64,000 nt of DNA. Source: Cyclobacteriaceae bacterium. Lineage in GTDB: Bacteria > Bacteroidota > Bacteroidia > Cytophagales > Cyclobacteriaceae. Below are positions 46,143 to 55,778 of this stretch, in pieces. The notes under the pieces are model-generated. The model did not search any database. It saw only the letters and a program-made list of their open reading frames with translations, and was not told where the DNA came from. The DNA lies in NCBI GenBank assembly GCA_965227155.1, contig OZ245731.1, positions 2,166,624 through 2,230,623 of the forward strand, read 5' to 3'. A program made the position numbers and the translations under genes. Position 1 is the first letter of the stretch, and the number at the start of each line of letters is the position of its first letter.

Positions 46143-48580
46143 GCAGGCAATATTTAGGAGCGATACATCGTGTAGTTGGTGGTCAATGGCTTCAGCAATC
46201 AGCGGATTTACCTATCACCGATCTGCTTACCGATACACGTTTGATCACCATAGGTGAGCAGGGTTTATTTTTTGCCATACAGGGAGCTAATCATGATGGT
46301 CACGATTTTATTTCAGAGGCATATGCCAAAGGAGTCAGGTCATTTGTTGTGGATAAGAATATCGATACTACATCATTTGCAGAAGCCAATTTCATTAAAG
46401 TTGAGGATAGCCTGGAAGCACTTCAGCGGCTGGCTGCCAATCATCGTAAACAGTTTTCCTACCCGGTAATAGCCATCACCGGCAGCAATGGTAAAACCAT
46501 AGTCAAGGAATGGCTTAGTGCCATCCTCGCGCATAATTATTATCTGGTCAAAAGTCCCAAAAGCTATAACTCACAACTCGGAGTTCCCTTATCACTTTGG
46601 CAAATGGATAGCAAGCACCAGCTTGGTGTTTTTGAGGCTGGCATATCGAAAAAGGGTGAAATGGAACGACTAGCATCCATGATTAGGCCGGAGATTGGCA
46701 TTTTTACAAACCTGGGTAGCGCACATGATGAGGGCTTTACTTCAAGGCAGGAGAAGCTCCACGAGAAGCTTCAGCTTTTTAAAAACTCAGCCGTAATAAT
46801 TTACCGAAAAGATCAGGAAACAGTAAGTGATCAAATTGAGAACCAATATGCTGATCGGAATCTTATATCCTGGAGCATGGGTCTTCAGGAGTCAACTTAC
46901 TCTTGTAGTGTAACTGAAGATATCATTGAGATTATGCATCAAAATGAAAAGTTTGTTTTTCCCAGTCCTTTCACAGAAGCACCCCTGCAGGAAAACCTGA
47001 TTTTTTGTTTGGTTACAGCTTTACATCTGGGTGTTTCGAAGGACGTAATTGCGGCTGAGGTAAGCTCGCTAAAACCACTAAAAATGCGGCTGGAGCTGAA
47101 GCAGGGAATCCAGCAGACGTACATCATTGATGACACTTACAATAATGACCTCAAAGGCCTGGAAATTGCGCTCCAATTCCTTATCCGGCAGAAGCAATAC
47201 AATAAACACACCGTAATTCTTTCATCCGTTTTCCAATCCGGACTGACGGGAAAGGAGCTATACCTCCAGGTAAACCAACTACTGGAGCGGCATCAAATTG
47301 ACCGACTTATTGGTGTTGGAGCCGATATCAATACACAATCTCATTTATTTACTATGCCTTTTGAGGGGTATGCTGACACGAATGCGCTGCTAAGCCATAT
47401 GCCGCAGTTTTCAGAGGAGGTGGTTTTGGTCAAAGGCGCCAGACATTTTAATCTGGAAAAGGTAGTCAACGTTCTTCAGCTGCAAACGCATCGCACCAGG
47501 CTGGTCATCAACCTTGAGCACATGGTGCACAACCTTAATTTCTACAGGGAAAAGCTCAGCAGGAGCACAAGGCTCATGGTGATGGTGAAAGCCCTGGCTT
47601 ACGGAAGTGGCAGTACACATATTGCTCAGGTACTGCAACACCAGCGTGTCGATTATCTCGGGGTTGCTTATCCTGATGAGGCCGTGGAGCTAAGAAAAAA
47701 TGGCATTGCTACACCCATCATGGTGATGAATGCTGATCCTGTATCCTTCGATCAGCTGCTTCAATACAATATTGAACCGGAGATTTTCTCAATGAGCCAA
47801 TTAAAAGCCTGGATATCCTTTACTCAGGGAAAATCCAATGCTACGCCCATTCATTTGAAAATAGAAACCGGTATGCACAGGCTGGGATTTGAATCCTCTG
47901 AAATTGATGAATTGATAGCATTGATAAAGGAAAATGACCTCAAAGTAGCCAGCATTTTTAGTCATTTGGCAGCTGCAGACGATGAAAAGGAGAGAGACTT
48001 CACCCTCAATCAGGCCAAAGCATTCGAAAAGGCAAGCGAAAGGATTTTATCAGCTCTGGACCACAAGCCCTTGCGGCATTTACTCAATAGCCCCGGTATT
48101 ATCAATTATCCTCAATATCAGTTTGATATGGTCAGGCTGGGCATTGGCCTTCATGGCTATGACTCTCTGGAGCAAAACCGGAAGTTTCTCAAACCGGTAG
48201 CCCACCTGATATCCAATATTTCTCAAATCAAGCATCTTAAAAAAGGGGATACCGTAAGCTATGGTCGGTTGTGGAAAGCTGAGGAAGATAAAACCATAGC
48301 AACGGTAGCGGTGGGTTATGCCGATGGGTTTAGCAGGGCTTTTAGCAAAGGCATTGGCAAAATGTATATCAATGGGAAATGGGCACCTGTAGTGGGTAGC
48401 GTATGCATGGATATGACCATGGTAGATGTTACTCATATTGATTGTCAGGAAGGCGATGAGGTGGTAATTTTTGGTGAAAAACCTCGAATTGAAGAGCTTT
48501 CTGAGTGGATCGGAACTATACCTTACGAAATTCTCACTAGTGTAAGTGTGAGAGTGCCCCGCATTTACACATCGGAATGA
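46139..48580 (+). CDS. murF-alr: bifunctional UDP-N-acetylmuramoyl-tripeptide--D-alanyl-D-alanine ligase / alanine racemase
   Basis: N-terminal Mur ligase (ITGSNGKT P-loop) fused to a C-terminal PLP alanine racemase (MVMVKALAYGSG with the PLP lysine). The fusion is known in Bacteroidota. Confidence 0.93.
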   Translation: MSRQYLGAIHRVVGGQWLQQSADLPITDLLTDTRLITIGEQGLFFAIQGANHDGHDFISEAYAKGVRSFVVDKNIDTTSFAEANFIKVEDSLEALQRLAANHRKQFSYPVIAITGSNGKTIVKEWLSAILAHNYYLVKSPKSYNSQLGVPLSLWQMDSKHQLGVFEAGISKKGEMERLASMIRPEIGIFTNLGSAHDEGFTSRQEKLHEKLQLFKNSAVIIYRKDQETVSDQIENQYADRNLISWSMGLQESTYSCSVTEDIIEIMHQNEKFVFPSPFTEAPLQENLIFCLVTALHLGVSKDVIAAEVSSLKPLKMRLELKQGIQQTYIIDDTYNNDLKGLEIALQFLIRQKQYNKHTVILSSVFQSGLTGKELYLQVNQLLERHQIDRLIGVGADINTQSHLFTMPFEGYADTNALLSHMPQFSEEVVLVKGARHFNLEKVVNVLQLQTHRTRLVINLEHMVHNLNFYREKLSRSTRLMVMVKALAYGSGSTHIAQVLQHQRVDYLGVAYPDEAVELRKNGIATPIMVMNADPVSFDQLLQYNIEPEIFSMSQLKAWISFTQGKSNATPIHLKIETGMHRLGFESSEIDELIALIKENDLKVASIFSHLAAADDEKERDFTLNQAKAFEKASERILSALDHKPLRHLLNSPGIINYPQYQFDMVRLGIGLHGYDSLEQNRKFLKPVAHLISNISQIKHLKKGDTVSYGRLWKAEEDKTIATVAVGYADGFSRAFSKGIGKMYINGKWAPVVGSVCMDMTMVDVTHIDCQEGDEVVIFGEKPRIEELSEWIGTIPYEILTSVSVRVPRIYTSE

Positions 48581-48622
48581 TGTTTTAAGCTGACAAAAGT
48601 CATTGTCACATTTGATGTCGGC

Positions 48623-48641
48623 AATAATGAAAAGTATTGCA
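48623..48641 (+). promoter_or_regulatory. candidate Fur box upstream of feoAB
   Basis: AATAATGAAAAGTATTGCA matches 12 of 19 positions of GATAATGATAATCATTATC. It sits just upstream of a TAaaTTTG -7 box (48648-48655). Confidence 0.4.
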
Positions 48642-48702
48642 GCATAATAAATTTGGGTTTACCTTTGAATCATTATATTTAATTAATCTAAATAAGGAGA
48701 GC

Positions 48703-48921
48703 ATGAGAACAGCGGCGCATCTGAAACCCGGAGAGAAAGCAATAGTACACAGCTTTAGTGATGACTATCTTTCGATCAAATTGATGGAAATGGGTGTGTT
48801 GCCAGGCACTGAAATCGAATTTCAATATGCTGCTCCTTTTGGCGATCCATTATGTTTTAGAGTAAGCGGCTACAAGCTTTCCCTTCGTATCAACGAAGCA
48901 CATACTATTTCTCTCAACTAA
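48703..48921 (+). CDS. feoA: ferrous iron transport protein A
   Basis: 72 aa SH3-like FeoA pattern (L..L.PGEKA.V......L..KLMEMGVLPGTEI). The ATG at 48703 is preferred over the track's TTG at 48637. Confidence 0.88.
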   Translation: MRTAAHLKPGEKAIVHSFSDDYLSIKLMEMGVLPGTEIEFQYAAPFGDPLCFRVSGYKLSLRINEAHTISLN

Positions 48922-48941
48922 TTTCAGTCCTCCATTAGCGC

Positions 48942-51038
48942 ATGCTAAAAGTTGCATTAGTAGGAAATCCCAATGCTGGGAAGACATCTTTATTCAACTA
49001 TCTCACCGGATTAAACCAAAAAGTTGGTAATTATCCAGGCGTTACTGTAGACAAAAAGACAGGTGTTAGTTCCTTTCCCAATGAAGGCAATGTAGAAATA
49101 ATCGATCTGCCGGGTACTTACAGCATTTATCCAAGATCAATGGATGAGCGCGTAGTGATCAACCTATTGACCGACCAGCAAAACGCTGACCACCCTGATG
49201 TAGTGGTCGTCATCGCAGATGCTAGCAATCTACAGCGAAACCTGTTGCTTTTTACTGAAGTAAAAGATTTGGGCCTGCCGGTAGTGCTTGCTCTCAATAT
49301 GGTGGATGTGGCAGAAAAGGAAGGTAAGCAGATTGACATAGCAACGCTTGCTCAAAATCTAAATGCCGAGGTTGTGCCCATCAATGCCCGGATAGGAAAA
49401 GGTATAGACGAGCTCAAATCTGCTATACTTAAAGTCAAGGGCAACGCATACGGAGGCTTTTATGATACTGCCGAATTAGCACCGGCATTGGTTGATAGCA
49501 TAAAAAGTCATTTCAACCTTGACAATAGCTACCTGGCTTACCAACTGGCCCAGCAGCTTAATGATATTCAATACCTGCCGGCTGAGGATAAGGAATGGGT
49601 GGCCAATGAAAAGGCCCGGCTTGATTTTCAGGATAAAAAATTGCAGGAGCGGGAAACGCTGGAGCGTTACAAGCTTATCCGGGAGCGAATTGCAGATGCA
49701 GTTACCATCCACAAAACCAAAGAAGAGCGTAATCTCACCGAAAAGCTGGATGATATTTTTACCCATAAGGTTTATGGGTACCTGATATTTCTGGGTATTC
49801 TATTTTTAATATTCCAGGCTATTTTCTCATGGGCAGAGCCTTTTATGGACCTGATTGATCAGGGCTTTGGACAGCTTAGTGCTATTGCACATAATAATCT
49901 GCCAGCCGGAGTGCTGAGTGATTTGATTGCCGAGGGAATCATTCCCGGTTTGGGAGGTGTCGTCATTTTCATTCCACAGATCGCGTTGCTTTTTGGGTTT
50001 ATCGCTTTGCTGGAGGAAAGTGGGTATATGGCCCGCGTTGTTTTTCTCATGGATAAAATCATGGTGAAAGTCGGGCTTAATGGCAAAAGCGTAGTGCCTT
50101 TAATATCGGGTATGGCCTGTGCTATTCCGGCTATTATGGCCACCAGAACGATCGATAGCTGGAAGGACCGCATCATTACCATTTTTGTGACGCCTTTTAT
50201 GAGTTGCTCCGCCAGGCTTCCGGTTTATGCAATCTTGATAGCCCTGGTAGTGCCCGACAAGAATGTGCTTGGTACTTTCAACCTGCAGGGGCTCGCTTTG
50301 ATGGGCATGTACCTGCTCGGTTTCTTTATGGCAATTGGATCTGCGTATGTCATGAAGCTGATTTTAAAATCTTCTGAACGCGGTTTTTTTGTAATGGAGC
50401 TACCTATCTACAGGGCTCCGCGATGGAAAAATGTTGGCATCACCATTCTTGAAAAGAGTAAGACTTTCGTATTTGAAGCTGGAAAAGTCATCCTGGCTAT
50501 CTCCATTATACTTTGGGTCATGGCTTCCTATGGGCCTTCAGACGATTTCAAAAATGCCGAAACCATAGTGGCGCAGGAGAATCCCGAGCTTACTGGTGAA
50601 GCGTTGGACAATAGGATTGCTTCCTATAAACTGGCTAATTCCTACGCCGGTGAAATGGGTAAAATCATCGAGCCGGTGATCAAGCCTCTGGGTTTTGATT
50701 GGAAGATTGGTATCGCTTTGATTACATCTTTTGCAGCGCGAGAGGTTTTTGTTGGCACGATTGCCACTATTTATAGTGTGGGCAGCGATTTTGAGGATGA
50801 AACGACCATCAAAAGCCGGTTGCGTGCTGAACGCAATCCCGAAACAGGTGGCCCCATGTACACCCCTGCGCTGGGCTTTTCTATCCTGGTCTTTTATGTC
50901 TTTGCCATGCAATGTATGAGTACATTGGCAGTAGTGTACAGGGAAACTAAAGGTTGGAAATGGCCAACATTACAACTGATCTACATGACTGCAGTAGCCT
51001 ACTTATCGTCTCTGTTGGTTTACAACCTGCTTAGCTAG
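48942..51038 (+). CDS. feoB: ferrous iron transporter B
   Basis: N-terminal G domain (GNPNAGKTSLFN, DLPGTYS) plus the polytopic FeoB membrane domain. Confidence 0.97.
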   Translation: MLKVALVGNPNAGKTSLFNYLTGLNQKVGNYPGVTVDKKTGVSSFPNEGNVEIIDLPGTYSIYPRSMDERVVINLLTDQQNADHPDVVVVIADASNLQRNLLLFTEVKDLGLPVVLALNMVDVAEKEGKQIDIATLAQNLNAEVVPINARIGKGIDELKSAILKVKGNAYGGFYDTAELAPALVDSIKSHFNLDNSYLAYQLAQQLNDIQYLPAEDKEWVANEKARLDFQDKKLQERETLERYKLIRERIADAVTIHKTKEERNLTEKLDDIFTHKVYGYLIFLGILFLIFQAIFSWAEPFMDLIDQGFGQLSAIAHNNLPAGVLSDLIAEGIIPGLGGVVIFIPQIALLFGFIALLEESGYMARVVFLMDKIMVKVGLNGKSVVPLISGMACAIPAIMATRTIDSWKDRIITIFVTPFMSCSARLPVYAILIALVVPDKNVLGTFNLQGLALMGMYLLGFFMAIGSAYVMKLILKSSERGFFVMELPIYRAPRWKNVGITILEKSKTFVFEAGKVILAISIILWVMASYGPSDDFKNAETIVAQENPELTGEALDNRIASYKLANSYAGEMGKIIEPVIKPLGFDWKIGIALITSFAAREVFVGTIATIYSVGSDFEDETTIKSRLRAERNPETGGPMYTPALGFSILVFYVFAMQCMSTLAVVYRETKGWKWPTLQLIYMTAVAYLSSLLVYNLLS

Positions 51039-53875
51039 CTATCTTTATCGATTCTGTAGCCTGAAGTACCGCTACCTACAAGTCCTGCAGGTGTAATGCC
51101 TTCTACTTTGAGATTGATCCAGCTGTTGCGGTCGGAGTTGTAAAACTGCACCTTAGCTTTACCGCTTTGGTCTACAATTATCTCCGGCTCCCAGTGAATA
51201 GTATTACGCAGATCGGGCTCAATATTGATCAGCGCTTCCTCAGTATCATATCTTTTGGCTGGAAACTCCCTCGGAAAAGCATAGTTATTGACAATAGTGA
51301 AATTGGCTTTATCATTTACAATTTCATTTTCCAGAGTCTTTTTCGTAGTGATGAACACGGCACCTGCTGTTGCCCGACCACCATATACTGTACTGGCCCT
51401 TGAACCTTTCAGCACAGTGATAAATTCTATCATTTCGGGCCTTAAGTAGTTGAGTACATTGTAGTCATTGCCTACAGGCGTACCATTGAGGATAAATAAG
51501 GCGCCGGCATCATTGGAGGTAGCCTGATAGCGGGTTTCGGCACTTTGCTGCTCCACCGCACCTGTTGCATCGTCAAACCGGGTTAAGGCAAAACCACCTT
51601 GTGTAGCCACCTGACCACCTCTTCTGGATCTGAAGTAGACATTGCCATTGATATAGTCTACATAAGGCACGGAGGTTACCTGCCTCAGAATGCCTAAAAA
51701 ATCATCGGAGTTTTTCAGATCCTCACCCGTTTTGGAATCCGTGGAAAAGCTCCGAAATTCTTTTACTTTTTCATCTATTTTCTCAGGAATGAGTCGCTTT
51801 TCTTGGATCATAATCTCCTTCAGCAATTGGTACTCGCCAAGATCCTTGAGAAAAGTGTAGCGATCCCCGCTATACTCTGATGATTGGTACCGTAATATTT
51901 CAGGTGAAATATTTTCGAGCGAATCTTCCATCAGGTTCGGCTTGATATGGTTGAAAAATTGATCTGCGTTCAATTCCTGCACACTCAGCCGCACGTTATC
52001 CTTACCTCTGTGATTTACGGCACTGAAAAGAAGCTCGGTAGGAATATGCGTTATGCTGGTTTTGTCGAAATAGAATTTTCCATCAATACCTGCCGTAAGG
52101 TCAATATTTTCATAAGTACCCGACTGCACTATGCTGATTTTTGCTCCTTCAGCAGGCTTACCCCAGTTGTTAAGTACCTGACCCTCGAAAAAATCTCTAT
52201 GGGTAGTTGGCTTATATTTCAATGAGTCGGTTTGGACTTTGGTGAAATCGAACCTTCGCCAGCCATAAGTCATCATCAGCAAGTCCAGATCTCTGGCGGC
52301 AGCTTCATTTTCACTGAAGTAATAGCCGGGATCATCCAGCCGCAGTTCTATTTCTGATTGCAGGAATAGATGGGTGAAAATGTTGGGGTTGTCCTTCTTG
52401 TTCAGAAAGGAATACATGTTGTCAAAGGCAGAGAGGGAAAGATTTGCAGGAACCGGTTCCCCTTCCTGATTGGTAACTGAAATGGTGGCGGTAACCGCTT
52501 CCCGAGGGCGATAGGATTTTTTGTCCATATCCACATTGATATCGAGCTTCCTGTAGGCATTTACAAAAACCAGTCGCTCTGCTTTGGGTATTCCTCTGCT
52601 GTCAAATACCGTGATTTGTGCTATACCTGTTGGTAAATTATTGGTAGGGATGGTGAGGTTGGCCACATCTTTCAGGTTGCCTGACACTGACCAGTACAGT
52701 TGCCCTCTCACCGTGGCAGTTACACATATGCGCTCTTTTTTCCTTACCTCAGAGGAGGCCACCTGTAGGTTTACTATTCTCTTGTTTTGTTCAAGTACTT
52801 TCAGGTTTATCCCTTCAGGCTTGATTTCCGGAAGTGGGCACTCGAAAACCTTTCCTTCTTCTTTTTTCAAAAATACCCTGTACATCGAATCAATAGGTGT
52901 AAGCTCGAAATAGCCGATGCCTTTATGCAGGGTAGAAAACTCTGCCGCTTTTCTGCCCGCGTTGTTCTCCACCCAGCCGCTTACTTCCATGGGTTGGCCT
53001 TTGGTATCTTCCACCCTAAAGGCAATGCGATTGGGAATACCTTTGATGATATCACCGCCCTCAGGGAAAAATTGCACATTAGCTATTGGCCTGTCGATGG
53101 GCACCTCGGCCTTTACATTGATTACCTGAGCTTTATGATTGGCATTGAGGTCTATGACAAAGGATTCATCATTGATTTTTTCCGGCAAGGTGAAGCGGAT
53201 ATAAAACTCTCCATTGTTAAGCGCATAGCCCTGGCTTTCTTTGTAAACCTCCCTGTCTTTTAACACCTGGTATTCATAGGTGATTTCTGCTATGCTTTCA
53301 TCATCAGGAGCCTGGGTCTTTACCTTGAGGGCTACTTCACTCCCGGCATTGTATTGCACTTCTTCAAAAGTGGTATGAAGGACCAGACTGGGAAGGATCA
53401 TTTCAGTTTGTGCCAGTTTTTTCACAAATACATTTTTCTCAAAAACTTTGGCATCCTTGTAATTCTTCATCCAGCTGGTATAAGCAATCACCTTGTAGTG
53501 CCCATCATCCATGACTTCCGGGAAGGTAAGATCACCTACACTGTAGCCATTTTTAATCATGAATTTGTCTGACAATACCGGATCGCCATTTTCACCAATT
53601 ACCTCTACAAACAATGTTTTGCTACGCTCAATAGGGCGGAGGCTTATATGATCGAGTATGTATCCTTTAAACCAAAGGTCCTCACCAGGCTGAAAAACCG
53701 TTCTGTCCAGTTGCAGGTATATTTTTTCACGAGGGAAAGCTTTGTTGAAATTTTCAAGCCTGGCGCTTAGCTCAATGATAAATTTATCATCAATATTGCT
53801 GAAGCCGGCCAACAAAGCCATGGCCAATAGCGTAAAAAGCAATTTCGGGGTGGTATGTTTCCACAGTTTTTCCAT
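51035..53875 (-). CDS. large secreted protein: MG2/alpha-2-macroglobulin-like N-terminal region plus a C-terminal TonB-receptor Plug-like domain, with no beta-barrel
   Basis: Signal peptide, an MG2-like segment (IYLQLDRTVFQPGEDLWFKGYIL) and a Plug-like segment (FILNGTPVGNDYNVLNYLRPEMIEFITVLKGSRASTVYGGRATAGAVFITTKK). Only about 130 aa follow the Plug. Confidence 0.75.
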   Translation of the reverse strand: MEKLWKHTTPKLLFTLLAMALLAGFSNIDDKFIIELSARLENFNKAFPREKIYLQLDRTVFQPGEDLWFKGYILDHISLRPIERSKTLFVEVIGENGDPVLSDKFMIKNGYSVGDLTFPEVMDDGHYKVIAYTSWMKNYKDAKVFEKNVFVKKLAQTEMILPSLVLHTTFEEVQYNAGSEVALKVKTQAPDDESIAEITYEYQVLKDREVYKESQGYALNNGEFYIRFTLPEKINDESFVIDLNANHKAQVINVKAEVPIDRPIANVQFFPEGGDIIKGIPNRIAFRVEDTKGQPMEVSGWVENNAGRKAAEFSTLHKGIGYFELTPIDSMYRVFLKKEEGKVFECPLPEIKPEGINLKVLEQNKRIVNLQVASSEVRKKERICVTATVRGQLYWSVSGNLKDVANLTIPTNNLPTGIAQITVFDSRGIPKAERLVFVNAYRKLDINVDMDKKSYRPREAVTATISVTNQEGEPVPANLSLSAFDNMYSFLNKKDNPNIFTHLFLQSEIELRLDDPGYYFSENEAAARDLDLLMMTYGWRRFDFTKVQTDSLKYKPTTHRDFFEGQVLNNWGKPAEGAKISIVQSGTYENIDLTAGIDGKFYFDKTSITHIPTELLFSAVNHRGKDNVRLSVQELNADQFFNHIKPNLMEDSLENISPEILRYQSSEYSGDRYTFLKDLGEYQLLKEIMIQEKRLIPEKIDEKVKEFRSFSTDSKTGEDLKNSDDFLGILRQVTSVPYVDYINGNVYFRSRRGGQVATQGGFALTRFDDATGAVEQQSAETRYQATSNDAGALFILNGTPVGNDYNVLNYLRPEMIEFITVLKGSRASTVYGGRATAGAVFITTKKTLENEIVNDKANFTIVNNYAFPREFPAKRYDTEEALINIEPDLRNTIHWEPEIIVDQSGKAKVQFYNSDRNSWINLKVEGITPAGLVGSGTSGYRIDKDS

Positions 53876-53919
53876 CGCGGAACCTATTTAATTAACTGTG
53901 ATCGATTTTTCTCTTAAAC

Positions 53920-55743
53920 ATGGCAGAATTTACAAACCCTTATCAGCAATTTCAAACCGCCCGGGATTTCTATACTACTGAAAGCCAACAACTCAACCAA
54001 AAAAGCAGGCGAATTATGGGGCTTAGAATTTTCCTGTTTGTAGCATTGCTGGTTAGTATTTATTACCTCATAACTGTGGTGACTACCCTATGGTTTTTGG
54101 TGACTGCTTCGGTAATTATTCTATTTGCCATCATCATCAGATACCACCAGAAGCTGAACTATAACAAAGACATTGCACAATGTATGGTGCGCATCAATGC
54201 TGATGAAATGGAAAGGCTTTCAGGAAATTTGAAGAAGTTTCCTGACGGATTAGAGCACCTCCATAAGAATCATCCCTTCGCTTTTGATCTTGATATCTTT
54301 GGTTCTCCATCTTTATATCAATGGGCTGATCGGAGCAATACACCAAGGGGTAAACAAGCAGTGATTGATAGCCTGTTAAACCTGCTACCACCTGATCTTA
54401 TAAAGGAGCGGCAGGAAAATGTAAAGGCGCTAAGTGATAAGGTTAAATTCAGGCAGGCCCTGGATGCTGCTGGTAAATACTGGGCTGAAAAAGACAAAAA
54501 ACTGAAAAACGCACCAAGTCATGAAGCTATTGAAAAATGGGTGTCTGCTAAGGAAGGCTCCGGCTATGATCTGTTTTTGAAAATTTTGAACATCGCCTCT
54601 CCGGTATTACTGACGACCCTGATTGTCATGTATTCCGATTATGCAATTCAGTTGGTGCTGACCTTCATATTTTTCAATTACCTTTTTATGGTATTGGTGG
54701 TGAATCGAATCAATACCATGACAAAGGAGGTTACAGGTTGCCTAAATCTAATCCGAAGCTACAGGCAGCTTATTGAAATCATTGAAAATGAATCTTTTGA
54801 TGTACCCGATCTCGAAGCAAAACGCCAGAAGCTTTTTGTAGCTGGTCAGTCAGCCAGTAGCATATTTAAAAAGCTGGAAGCCATCCTTCATAGTTTTACT
54901 AGCCGGAGCAACATGTTCTATCTTTTGGTTAATGGGGTGCTATTACTGGATATTTTTTGGTATTTCCGTGCTTTGAAGTGGAAGCAGCAATATGCAGCCT
55001 ATGTTTTGGAATGGATTGAGGAGGTTGCGCAATGGGAGGCACTGGCTAGTCAGGCTGCTTACGCCTATGCCCATCCTACTTACTGCTGGCCAACACTTGC
55101 TGAAGCCACAGCTTTTGAATTTAGGGCAAGTGACCTTGGCCACCCCCTGATTAACCCCCAAAAGCGGGTAACGAATGATTTTAACCTGCATGGTGACGGT
55201 AAAGTGGGCTTGATCACCGGCTCAAATATGTCAGGCAAGAGCACCTTCTTAAGAACGGTAGGCCTGGCCACTACAATGGCACAAATGGGTTTACCTGTAT
55301 GTGCACAGCAATTACGAGTATCCCCAGTTTATGTGTTTACCGGTATGCGAACACAAGATGATCTCGGTGAGAGTGTAAGCAGCTTTTATGCCGAACTCAA
55401 GCGCATCAAAGGTTTGCTGGAGTTGGTGGAACAGAAAACCCCAGTGCTTTATTTACTGGATGAGATCTTAAAGGGGACCAATTCGGATGATCGACATAAA
55501 GGGTCGCTGGGATTGATTGAGCAATTGATGGAATCTACAGCCTTTGGGCTGATATCCACGCATGACCTGGCGCTGGGCAAGCTTTCTGATGCATATGAGA
55601 AGCTTGAGAATTATAGTTTCAACAGCCAATTGAAGGAAGGTCAACTTCATTTTAATTACAAACTTCAATCGGGCATATGCCATACTTTTAATGCTTCGGT
55701 GCTCATGACGAAAATGGGCATCATCAAATCAGAGATGGCCTGA
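53920..55743 (+). CDS. membrane-anchored MutS-related ATPase (MutS domain V only)
   Basis: TM helices near the N-terminus and mid-protein. The C-terminal MutS ABC ATPase carries GSNMSGKSTFLRTVG, LLDEILKGTN and STHD. Confidence 0.85.
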   Translation: MAEFTNPYQQFQTARDFYTTESQQLNQKSRRIMGLRIFLFVALLVSIYYLITVVTTLWFLVTASVIILFAIIIRYHQKLNYNKDIAQCMVRINADEMERLSGNLKKFPDGLEHLHKNHPFAFDLDIFGSPSLYQWADRSNTPRGKQAVIDSLLNLLPPDLIKERQENVKALSDKVKFRQALDAAGKYWAEKDKKLKNAPSHEAIEKWVSAKEGSGYDLFLKILNIASPVLLTTLIVMYSDYAIQLVLTFIFFNYLFMVLVVNRINTMTKEVTGCLNLIRSYRQLIEIIENESFDVPDLEAKRQKLFVAGQSASSIFKKLEAILHSFTSRSNMFYLLVNGVLLLDIFWYFRALKWKQQYAAYVLEWIEEVAQWEALASQAAYAYAHPTYCWPTLAEATAFEFRASDLGHPLINPQKRVTNDFNLHGDGKVGLITGSNMSGKSTFLRTVGLATTMAQMGLPVCAQQLRVSPVYVFTGMRTQDDLGESVSSFYAELKRIKGLLELVEQKTPVLYLLDEILKGTNSDDRHKGSLGLIEQLMESTAFGLISTHDLALGKLSDAYEKLENYSFNSQLKEGQLHFNYKLQSGICHTFNASVLMTKMGIIKSEMA

Positions 55744-55752
55744 GTTAATCTT

Positions 55753-55760
55753 TATATTTG
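55753..55760 (+). promoter_or_regulatory. -7 promoter box TAtaTTTG
   Basis: TAnnTTTG match 18 nt upstream of ATG 55779. It overlaps the track's TTG start. Confidence 0.35.
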
Positions 55761-55778
55761 CTAGCTGATTCAGTGCTT

